Source of the DNA: Malacoraja senta
Taxonomy: Eukaryota
Assembly: GCA_038087875.1 (NCBI GenBank)
Contig: JAXLNO010001468.1
Coordinates: 124,001-158,353 of the forward strand
DNA: 34,353 bases
Reading direction: 5' to 3'
Shown here: piece by piece, positions 1 to 8,899 of the stretch
How the letters are laid out: every line of letters begins with the position of its first letter
Position numbering within the stretch: the stretch's first letter is position 1
Notes under the pieces: model-generated
What the model was told of the DNA's origin: nothing
Seen by the model: the letters and a program-made list of their open reading frames with translations, nothing else
The model's database searches: none
Translations under genes and position numbers: made by a program

Positions 1-1633
1 GTGAGAGTAGGAATGGAGTGAGGTGGAGGATAAATGCGTGGCTGAGGAACTGGTGCAGCGGGCAGGGATTCAATTTCTGGATCATTGGGACCTCTTTTGG
101 GGAAGGTGTGACCTGTACAGAAAGGACGGGTTGCACTTGAACACGAGGGGGACCAATATCCTGGCGGGGAGATTTGCAAAGGCTACTGGGGAGACTTTAA
201 ACTACAACGGTTGGGGGGAGGGACTCAAATAGAGAAAGCTAGTGGAAAATGTGGGAGGCAGGAGGCAGAGAAGGGAAGCACTCGGACCCAAAATGTAGGG
301 GAGAAAGAAGAAAAAGATAATAAACAGAGAATAAGTGGTGGTGGGTTTCTTAAATGTGTATATTTTAATGCTAGGAGCATTGTAAGAAAGGTGGATGAAC
401 TTAGAGCCTGGATTGACACCTGGAAGTATGATGTTGTGGCGATCAGTGAAACATGGTTGCAGGAGGGCTGTGATTGGCAAATAAATATTCCAGGATTTCG
501 TTGCTTCAGGGGTGATAGAATTGGAGGGGCAAGAGGTGGGGGTGTTGCATTGCTTGTCAAGGAAGATATTACAGCAGTGCTTTGGCAGGATAGATTAGAG
601 GGCTCGTCTAGGGAGGCTATTTGGGTGGAACTGAGAAATGGGAAAGGTGTAGCAACACTTATAAGGGTGTATTATAGACCGCCAAATGGGGAGCGGGAAT
701 TGGAAGAGCAAATATGTAAGGAGATAGCAGATATTAGTAGTAAGCACAAGGTAGTGATTGTGGGAGATTTCAATTTTCCACACATAGACTGGGAAACACA
801 TTCTGTAAAAGGGCTGGATGGTTTGGAGTTTGTAAAATGTGTGCAAGATAGTTTTTTGCAGCAATACATAGAGGTACCTACTAGAGAAGGGGCAGTGCTG
901 GACCTCCTGTTAGGAAATGAGACAGGGCAGGTGGCGGAGGTATGCGTCGGGGAGCACTTCGGGTCCAGTGATCACAATACCATTAGTTTCAATATAATTA
1001 TGGAGAGTGTCAGAACTGGACCTAGGGTTGAGACTTTTGTTTGGAGAAAGGCTAACTTTGAGGAGATGCGAAAGGATTTAAAAGGAGTGAATTGGGACAT
1101 GTTGTTTTATGGGAAGGATGTAGAAGAAAAATGGAGGACATTTAAGGGTGAAATTTTAAGAGTACAGAATCTTTATGTCCCTGTTCGGTTGAAAGGAAAT
1201 AGTAAAAAATGGAAAGAGCCATGGTTTTCAAGGGAAATTGGACACGGTTCGGAAAAAGAGAGAGATCTACAATAATTATAGGCAGCATGGAGTAAATGAG
1301 GTGCTTGAGGAGTATAAAGAATGTAAAAAGAATATTAAGAAAGAAATTAGAAAAGCTAAAAGAAGATATGAGGTTGCTTTGGCAAGTAAGGTGAAAGTAA
1401 ATCCAAAGGGTTTCTACAGCTATATTAATAGCAAAATGATAACAAGGAATAAAATTGGTCCATTAGAGAGTCAGAGTGGACAGCTATCTGCAGAGCCAAA
1501 AGAGATGGGGGAGATATTGAACAATTTCTTTTCTTCGGTATTTACGAAGGAGAAGAATATGGAATTATGTGAGGTAAGGGAAACAAGCAGAGTAGCAATG
1601 GAAACTGTGAGATTCAAAGAAGAGGAGGTGCGG
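1..1633 (+). mobile_element. CR1 LINE fragment: end of ORF1 (SGNH esterase-like) and N-terminal ORF2 (AP endonuclease), frameshifted, 3'-truncated
   Basis: DGLHLN..GT.ILA (ORF1); CVYFNARSI, AISETWL, YRPP, VGDFNFP, LDLLL, SDHN (APE). Frameshift near 1240-1275. Confidence 0.92.
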
Positions 1634-2109
1634 ACAATTTATATTTCTTCAACATAACAACTAATTGTTTTTCCTCACATTGATCTTTGTGAGAATGTGC
1701 TGCACCCCTCAGATTCCTATTAAGTCTTTTCCCCTACACATTAAACCTATGGTCTCTGGTCCTTGATTCACCTACTCTGGGCAAGAGATTATGTGCATCT
1801 ACCCGATCTATTCATCTCATGATGTATATTAATGATTGTTACAATCATAGATTATTGCAATGTATGATAATCACCATGAGATGTGGGTTTAAGTTTTTGT
1901 TCAAGGAATTAGGCACAAAAAGCTAGAAAGTCTCTCCAGTCCTGTGCCAAAGGATGGCAGCAGTTAGTTACACTTTCACATAAGTTGTTAAATTAAAGTC
2001 CCCTCTAGTTGACATAAAAGATTCTGTAACACAATTTTAAATTTAAAGTGGCAGAGTTCTGCCCAATTTATTCTAGTATCCTGGTCAATATTTATCACTA
2101 AACCAACAT

Positions 2110-2205
2110 CAGTCTGAAGAAGGATCCCAACTTGAAACGTTACCCATCCATGTTCTCCAGGGATGTTACCTGACCCACTGAGTTACTCCAGAACTTTGTG
2201 TCTTT
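2110..2205 (+). mobile_element. Degenerate Penelope pLTR-derived short repeat (duplicated at ~3454-3549)
   Basis: cagtctgaagaagg...gaaacgttaccc...gagttactccagaactttgtgtc resembles the intact copies at 12132 and 14475. Confidence 0.75.
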
Positions 2206-2478
2206 TTGTTGTTGTAAATCAGCATATACAATTTATTTTTCTTCATCATTACAACTAATTGTTTTTCCTCACATTGCTCTTTGTGAGAATGTGCTGCACC
2301 ACATTTCGTTGCTTCACGTCAAAGGCACTTTATTGGTGATAAAGTGTTTGCGTAGTCCTGAATGGTATGAATGCTCCCCCATAAATCCAAGTCATTCTTC
2401 CCCCCCCTCATAATAATTCAAGTGAAAATACTTTTCACATTCAGTTCCTGTAAATTTCTCATTAATTTCCATACAAAC

Positions 2479-2742
2479 CTTGAACCTGGAGTTTGTTGTT
2501 GTTGATCTGCTTCCCCAGAGCATTAGTGGCCTCACATTGATACTGTCCTGCATCAGCTGGCTGGACAGCACGGATTGTCAATGTCCCATTCTCAGAGTCT
2601 AGCTCGCTCCATCCGCTCGATGACTGCCTCCTCAGTACCAGCTGGGCAGGGGGGTTGGACTGGGTTGTGCAGCTGAACGTGACCCTGTCTCCTTCCTTCA
2701 CCGCAGAGGGGGTGATGGAGAGAGTGGTGTCCCTGGGGCTAC
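2479..2742 (-). CDS. vcam1: VCAM1-like Ig exon, D7-like copy B (264 bp), same protein sequence as copy A
   Basis: Same splice sites as copy A, open frame, two synonymous differences. Inclusion in mRNA is not shown by the sequence. Confidence 0.8.
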
Positions 2743-2812
2743 CTGAGACCAGAGGCGTGAGAAATTAATGAATTGCAAAAGGTTTAGCCAAATCCGTGCA
2801 AAGAAACATAGT

Positions 2813-3172
2813 CATAGCCATAAAGTGATATAGTGTGGAAACAGGCCCTTCGGCCCAACTTGCCCACACCAGCCATCATGTCCCAGCTACACTAGTCCCG
2901 CCTGCCCGTGTTTGGTCCATGTCCCTCCAAACCTGTCCTATCCATGTACCTGTCTGACTGTTTCTTAAATGTTGGGATAGTCACAGCCTCAACTACCTCC
3001 TCTAGCAGCTTGTTCCATACACCCACCACCCTTGGTGTAAAAAAATTACCCCTCAGATTCCTATTAAGTCTTTCCCCCTACACATTAAACCTATGTTCTC
3101 TGGTCCTCGATTCACCTACTCTGGGCAAGAGACTCTGTGCATCTACCCGATCTATTCATCTCATGATGTATA
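2813..3172 (-). mobile_element. CR1 3' end, chimeric junction copy of the duplication
   Basis: Reverse complement of the CR1 ORF2 C-terminus/3'UTR with a (ctatga)-type tail. Left part matches 4157-4326; right part matches 1704-1828. Confidence 0.85.
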
Positions 3173-3822
3173 TTAATGATTGTTACAATCATAGATTATT
3201 GCAATGTATGATAATCACCATGAGATGTGGGTTTAAGTTTTTGTTCAAGGAATTAGGCACAAAATGCTAGAAAGTCTCTCCAGTCCTGTGCCAAAGGATG
3301 GCAGCAGTTAGTTACACTTTCCCATAAGTTGTTAAATTAAAGTCCCCTCTAGTTGACATAAAAGATTCTGTAACACAATTTTAAATTTAAAGTGGCAGAG
3401 TTCTGCCCAATTTATTCTAGTATCCTGGTCAATATTTATCACTAAACCAACATCAGTCTGAAGAAGGATCCCAACTTGAAACGTTACCCATCCATGTTCT
3501 CCAGGGATGTTACCTGACCCACTGAGTTACTCCAGAACTTTGTGTCTTTTTGTTGTTGTAAATCAGCATATACAATTTATTTTTCTTCATCATTACAACT
3601 AATTGTTTTTCCTCACATTGCTCTTTGTGAGAATGTGTTGCACCACATTTCGTTGCTTCACGTCAAAGGCACTTTATTGGTGATAAAGTGTTTGCGTAGT
3701 CCTGAATGGTATGAATGCTCCCCCATAAATCCAAGTCATTCTTCCCCCCCCTCATAATAATTCAAGTGAAAATACTTTTCACATTCAGTTCCTGTAAATT
3801 TCTCATTAATTTCCATACAAAC

Positions 3823-4086
3823 CTTGAACCTGGAGTTTGTTGTTGTTGATCTGCTTCCCCAGAGCATTAGTGGCCTCGCATTGATACTGTCCTGCATCAG
3901 CTGGCTGGACAGCACGGATTGTCAATGTCCCATTCTCAGAGTCTAGCTCGCTCCATCCGCTCGATGACTGCCTCCTCAGTACCAGCTGGGCAGGGGGGTT
4001 GGACTGGGTTGTGCAGCTGAACGTGACCCTGTCTCCTTCCTTCACAGCAGAGGGGGTGATGGAGAGAGTGGTGTCCCTGGGGCTAC
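3823..4086 (-). CDS. vcam1: VCAM1-like Ig exon, D7-like copy A (264 bp)
   Basis: tctcag| acceptor, |gtttgt donor, phase 1-1. GSPRDTTLSITPSAVKEGDRVTFSC...ENGTLTIRAVQPADAGQYQCEATNALG...LQVQG resembles human D7 (VKEGD, DAG.Y.CE, L.VQG). Confidence 0.9.
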
Positions 4087-4152
4087 CTGAGACCAGAGGC
4101 ATGAGAAATTAATGAATTGCAAAAGGTTTAGCCAAATCCGTGCAAAGAAACA

Positions 4153-4670
4153 TATTCATAGCCATAAAGTGATATAGTGTGGAAACAGGCCCTTCGGCTC
4201 AACTTGCCCACACCAGCCATCATGTCCCAGCTACACTAGTCCCGCCTGCCCGTGTTTGGTCCATGTCCCTCCAAACCTGTCCTATCCATGTACCTGTCTG
4301 ACTGTTTCTTAAATGTTGGGATAGTCCCAGCCTAAACTACCTCCTCTAGCAACTTGTTCCATACATCCCACCAGCCTTTGTGTGAAAAAGTTACCCCTCA
4401 GATTCCTATTAAATCTTTTCCCCTACACATTATACCTATGTCTGGTCATCGATGCATCCACCCTAGGCAAAAGACTCTGTGCATCCACCCGATGTATTCC
4501 TCTCATGATTTATACACCTCTATAAGATCACCCCTCATCTGTGCTGCAAGGAATAGTCCCAACCTGCCCAACCTCTCCCTATAGCTCAGACCCTCTAGCA
4601 CAGGCAATATCCTGGTAAATCTTCTCTGCTCCCTTTCCAACTTGACCACGTCTTTCCTATAACAGTGATG
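4153..4670 (-). mobile_element. CR1 3' end in the intron between D3 and D7-A
   Basis: Same family as 2813-3172, 16716-16925, 22144-22462 and 27568-27805. Extends into degenerate ORF2 C-terminal codons. Confidence 0.85.
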
Positions 4671-4699
4671 GTAAAATTACAATAGTGAAAGCCACGCAC

Positions 4700-4966
4700 C
4701 TTGAACATGTAATTCCACTTCCTTGGTGATTGTCCCCAGTTTATTGCTGGCTTCACAGCAGTACATTCCCGTGTCCCCGAACAGGGCCGTTGACAGGTGC
4801 AGAATCGCTCGGTCCTTGGCCACGACTGACCAGTTGCCGGCGGATAACTTGCTCCACACAATCCTGGCAGCGGGGCTGCTGTCTGCAGCACAGGTTAGCC
4901 GAACATCCTGACCCTCTCTCACTGTGGCAGACGGCTCTGCAGTAATGTCAATCCCTGTGGGAGCAT
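4700..4966 (-). CDS. vcam1: VCAM1-like Ig domain 3 exon (267 bp; D3/D6-like)
   Basis: ctacag| acceptor, |gtgcgt donor, phase 1-1. YAPTGIDITAEPSATVREGQDVRLTC...IVWSK...DTGMYCCEASNKLG...EVELHVQ. Confidence 0.92.
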
Positions 4967-5084
4967 CTGTAGAAGGAGATGGGATAATTCAGTACAATAA
5001 AGGCGGGCGACTTAAACCATTGTCCAGACTAAGTCTATAACTGTGACTCCTTTCTCAATGTTATATCTCTGTCTCCATACTTAC

Positions 5085-5387
5085 AGTGAACCTGTAACGT
5101 TAGAGTCCCGTGGGCCTTGTGTGGTTGGTTCTCCGTGAGTAATTCCACTCGGCATGTCAGCTCTTGTCCCGAGTCTCCCAATTCGGCCGTCAGTTCGTAG
5201 GTGAAGGTCATCGCCGTTTCTTCCTCTGTGTAGTCACGGAACGTGTCGGTCTTCAGCACCGTTGTTCCTTTCAGCCATTCCACCTCCACATGAGCGGGGT
5301 ACAATTTGGGGACCGTACATCTCACAGAGCCTCTCTGGCCAACTTCCAGACTGCCCACTGTCTCCACGATGAGGGTGTCGGACAGAG
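5085..5387 (-). CDS. vcam1: VCAM1-like Ig domain 2 exon (303 bp)
   Basis: ttgcag| acceptor, |gtaagt donor, phase 1-1. SLSDTLIVETVGSLEVGQRGSVRCTVPKLYPAHVEVEWLKG...GQELTCRVEL resembles VCAM1 D2/D5 (G.LE.G...V.C.V...YP, LKG). Confidence 0.92.
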
Positions 5388-5454
5388 CTGCAACGACACA
5401 TGGATTCAGGGATCAAACAGGGATTCAGGGTGGAATGTACAGCACCCAAGGTGC

Positions 5455-5700
5455 CCATCGATTTAGTCAGAGGGTGGTGAATCTGCGGAATTCATTGCCA
5501 CAGAAGGCTGTGGAGGCCAAGGCAATGGATATATTTAAGGCGGAGATAGGTAGATTCTTGATTAGTATGGGTGTCAGAGGTTATGGGGAGAAGGGAGGAG
5601 AATGGGGTTAGGAGGGAGAGATAGGTCAGCCATGATTGAATGGCGGAATAGACTCGATGGGCCGAATGGGCGAATTCTGCTCCTTATGAACTTATGATTT
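5455..5700 (+). mobile_element. CR1 3' end in the D1-D2 intron
   Basis: FSQRVVNLRNSLPQKAVEA...GYGEK followed by the 3'UTR gatgggccgaatgg and a ttatga tail. Confidence 0.88.
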
Positions 5701-5944
5701 GTTACTAAACTCTCATTCCAATCAGTAAAAGGACCACTTTCATGTTAGAAAACATTCATGAAGCTGTTAACTAAAATATTTGTTGAAGACCAAAACAGGC
5801 AATCGTTGGAAGGCCCTGAATAAAACAGCGTGTGGTGGAAATACTCATCTGGCAGAGAAAACAGAGGTGATTCTTGTCGGTTAGAGACTTTTGCTCTCTC
5901 CGGACGCTGCGCTACAACGTGTGAAATCTCCCCAGAACAATGAC

Positions 5945-6130
5945 CTTTCAGTGTTAGGAAGAAACTGCAGATGCTGGTTTAAACCGAAGATGGACGCAAA
6001 AAGCTGGAGTAACTCAGCGGGACAGGCAGCATCTCTGAGAGAGAAGGAACGGGTGAGATTTCGGGTCGAGATTCTGTTTCTCTCTTCGTGGAGGCTGCCC
6101 GAATAGTTGAGTGTTGCCAGTATTTTTTTT
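5945..6130 (-). mobile_element. Penelope pLTR-derived repeat with degenerate hammerhead core, possibly with a decayed opposite arm
   Basis: aggaagaaactgcagatgctgg...gctggagtaactcagcgggacaggcagcatc matches the family. Confidence 0.7.
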
Positions 6131-6192
6131 ACTTTTACCTGGACGTACAAAGTTGCAACAAGTTTACAGTCAGGAGATGGGTTAATACTCAC

Positions 6193-6468
6193 AGAATATA
6201 TTGAGGTTGACATATTTTCGTTTTTCTTCTGCGCCGCATTTTGCGGAACAAATGTACTTGTGTTCGTTCTGCGGGGTAACCGCGGAGATGGTGAATGTGG
6301 ACACCGAGCCCGGAGTTGTGATTGTTCCGCCCAGGGGGTTATCGGTCCCGATTCTCCACGTGAAGGTCGGAGACGAGCAGCTCTTCGCCAGACATTTCAA
6401 CTCCAGCGAGTCCCCGATACGAGCCCACACGTTTCCAGACGGGTTTAACTCCAAATTGAAGGCGGCTC
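6193..6468 (-). CDS. vcam1: VCAM1-like Ig domain 1 exon (276 bp)
   Basis: ctgcag| acceptor, |gtgagt donor, phase 1-1. FNLELNPSGNVWARIGDSLELKCLAKSCSSPTFTWRIGTDNPLGG...NEHKYICSAKC matches the VCAM1 D1/D4 pattern (IGDS, CxxxxC.SP.F.WR, D.PL.G, NEH.Y.CxxxC; four Cys). Confidence 0.95.
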
Positions 6469-6657
6469 CTGCAGTTTTGAAACAAAACAAAAGCAATATT
6501 ATTTTTTAAAAGCTTACAAGTTTAACGCTTTAAATATTCACCTCTTTATTTCTTTAAACAAACAGATACCAAAATTGATACTTTGGTGCCTGATATTCAA
6601 CACAAAACGAATCAGAAGAAAATGCAGATTATTAGTGCTGTAAAATAAATTAGAAAC

Positions 6658-6718
6658 CTGTGGCGAGCAGCAATGCAAGAGTGATTGTAGCGGCTGGGTC
6701 GCATCTCCCTCCCGCCAT
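6658..6718 (-). CDS. vcam1: VCAM1-like exon 1, signal peptide (MAGGRCDPAATITLALLLAT-G)
   Basis: ATG at 6718 in strong Kozak context (gaaccATGg), hydrophobic core, phase-1 donor G|gtttct. Splices in frame to the next exon, giving ...LLLATGAA/FNLEL, comparable to human ...FAASQA/FKIET. Downstream of a TATA box. Confidence 0.85.
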
Positions 6719-6817
6719 GGTTCAGCCTGCACTCGGACACACACAAGCCGAGGTTGACTTCACTTCTGCAAGGGGCGCCAGGCTCTGGAGCTGTGAGCCT
6801 GGGCTCCGCCGCCCCGC

Positions 6818-6823
6818 TTTATA
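6818..6823 (-). promoter_or_regulatory. TATA box (TATAAA) of the VCAM1-like gene
   Basis: Minus-strand ggggtTATAAAgcgg, ~100 bp upstream of the ATG. Predicts a TSS near 6790. Confidence 0.75.
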
Positions 6824-6841
6824 ACCCCGTCTGGAAGAGCA

Positions 6842-6852
6842 GGGGACTCCCC
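6842..6852. promoter_or_regulatory. Second kappaB-type palindrome GGGGACTCCCC, next to a TGACG CRE half-site (6854-6861, minus)
   Basis: p50-type 5-1-5 palindrome ~20-30 bp upstream of the TATA box. Confidence 0.6.
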
Positions 6853-6916
6853 TTGGCGTCAGGCGAACATTCCCGACCACGCACCGTTCACTGGCTCCTG
6901 GTCTTTCTCTGCTGAA

Positions 6917-6927
6917 GGGAATTTCCC
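6917..6927. promoter_or_regulatory. NF-kappaB site GGGAATTTCCC
   Basis: Canonical GGGRNWYYCC match ~95-105 bp upstream of the TATA box. VCAM1 is an established NF-kappaB target. Confidence 0.75.
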
Positions 6928-8019
6928 ACAAAGGGCATCACAGTTCAAATAACCACATAATTATTTCACAAATTTCCCAATTCCATATCTTGCAGATCAT
7001 AACCAGACACTTATGGAAGCGCAGAATCGCGTAATCTTTTTTTAATGCATTTTACGCACGAACGAGAGCCACTCGGCCCATTGAGTTCGTGCCACTCCCG
7101 CCCCTCTCCCCATGGTCTTGCAAATCCTTTCCTTCCATTAATGTTTCCAGCTTTCTTGGAATGCAAGCACGGAATGTGTTTCGTTTCTCTCATGTCACTA
7201 TTAATTATTTGCCAATCGCCTTCTTTCTTTTTCACCTCCTTTTTGACGCCAGGACCAATTTATTTTCGACTTTCAACCATCTTCACTGGCCTATGCCCAC
7301 ATCAGTTTCCTCCCGTGTTATGTTTCAAAGAGACTATAGAAGGACACATATCGAATGCAGCACAGGGTGTGGGGTCATTGAGCCCACTGTGTCTTTTCCA
7401 ACTCTCTACCAGAGCACCTGATAAATCAGATCATACCCCGAGTCCCTCTGCTCATGCACCTCTTTTGGGATAGTATGCTTTATTCCACATTGTCCAGCCC
7501 ACCAAACTGCAGCACCGTACATTTCTCTGCATGAGGATCAAAGGAAATATTTTAGGAGTGGGTCATTTGTCCCCTCGGGCTTGCTCTACTAATCATCAAG
7601 ATCATAGCTGATCTTCTAACTCCATCTCATTTTCTCTGGCTATTCATAAATCCCTTCCTTCCGTGATTATCTGAACATTACTCCTCATCTGAATTATCTA
7701 ATGTTTGTTCCATGACTGAGATCTCTGGTTCAGATTTCTCAGAGAAGGAAAACATCCTCCCTGTATCCTCTTATCCTAATCTCGAGAGAAAAACAGGTCC
7801 AGTCTATTCAATATCTCCTCCTATTGAAACTTACCATTCCTGGAACCAGTCTGCTGATATTTTTTTTGCCCTTTATACAAGAACATGTCTTTCGGTTACA
7901 GAGAACAAAACTGAACATAACGCCCCACGTGTAGTTTTCCTAAGGATCTTTGTAATTGCAGAAAGACATCCTTACTCCTGTACTCAAATACTCTCATCAT
8001 AAGGTTACATACTTTTACT

Positions 8020-8125
8020 TCCTAAATTCTGCTCTAACTCCATTTACAAGTTTGTAGATGATACCACCATAGTGGATCGAATCTCGAACAATGATGAGAT
8101 GGAGTACAGGAAGTAGAGAGATTAG
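8020..8125 (+). mobile_element. Rex1/Babar-like RT fragment
   Basis: Translates to SNSIYKFVDDTTIVDRISNNDEMEYRK (KFADDTT motif). Confidence 0.6.
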
Positions 8126-8134
8126 TAATAGGGT

Positions 8135-8412
8135 AGACACAAAATGCTGGAGTAACTCAGCGGGACAGGCAGCATCTCTGGAGAGAAGGAATGGGTGACG
8201 TTTTGGGTCGAGACCCTTCCTCTGATGTCAGCGGAGTGGGCAGGACAGAGATTGAATGTAGATGGAGACAGTAACACTGGTGGGAGAACTTGGAAGGGGA
8301 GGGGATGGAGAGAGAGGGGAAGCAAGGGCGATTTGAAGTTAGAGAAGTCAACGTTCATACCGCTGGGGTGTAAGCTACCCACGCATAATATGAGGTACTG
8401 TTCCTTTGTAAA
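8135..8412 (-). mobile_element. 5'-truncated Penelope-like element (end of GIY-YIG ORF plus pLTR)
   Basis: GSLHPSGMNVDFSNFK* as in the 14005-14570 copy. Possible TSD agtaatagggt (8124-8134) / agtaatagagt (8413-8423). Confidence 0.85.
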
Positions 8413-8899
8413 AGTAATAGAGTGACCACATCAACCTCTACTTTGACATTAGCAAAACAAAAGTTCTGGTCATTGATGTAGGAAGCAGGGTGTAGTACAC
8501 ACCCCATTGCACAACAGTGAAGCTGCAGTTAAGATGGTCAACCGTTTCCAGTTCCCAACAATTCTTCCTGATCCGACCACATTGATGCCACAGCCAAGAG
8601 CCTCTACATCCTCAGAAAACAAAGAAATCAGCATGTCTCCAATAATTCTCCACTTATTATCACTGTTGCAGGTTGGAGGAATACTGATCCACTGGGACAA
8701 GCATGGGACCACCAGCACCACCACGTGGTCAAGACTGAGCTGCCGGGAAAAGCCCTAGACATCCAGTGCCGTCACTGAGGCCAGGATTGAGTGGCCGGGC
8801 AAGCCTGAGACTGACTGCCAGTGCCTCACAGATAATGAGGGACTGTGCCCACATACGAGGCAAAGATATTGAACCTGGTGACATCCCCGATGCTCCAGC

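Larger units (their letters stand above)
1704..4326. repeat. Tandem duplication, period 1344 bp, each unit carrying one D7-like exon
   Basis: 1704-2982 aligns to 3048-4326 with about 13 substitutions by my count. ORF-track pairs are offset by exactly 1344. Confidence 0.95.

Noticed and set aside
2198-2413. ORF MSFCCCKS..., repeated at 3542-3757
   Set aside because: Intronic, antisense, starts inside a repeat; it recurs only because of the duplication.
1-2478. VCAM1 transmembrane/cytoplasmic exon
   Set aside because: No hydrophobic minus-strand exon seen; the region is CR1 and intron, so the exon presumably lies outside the window.
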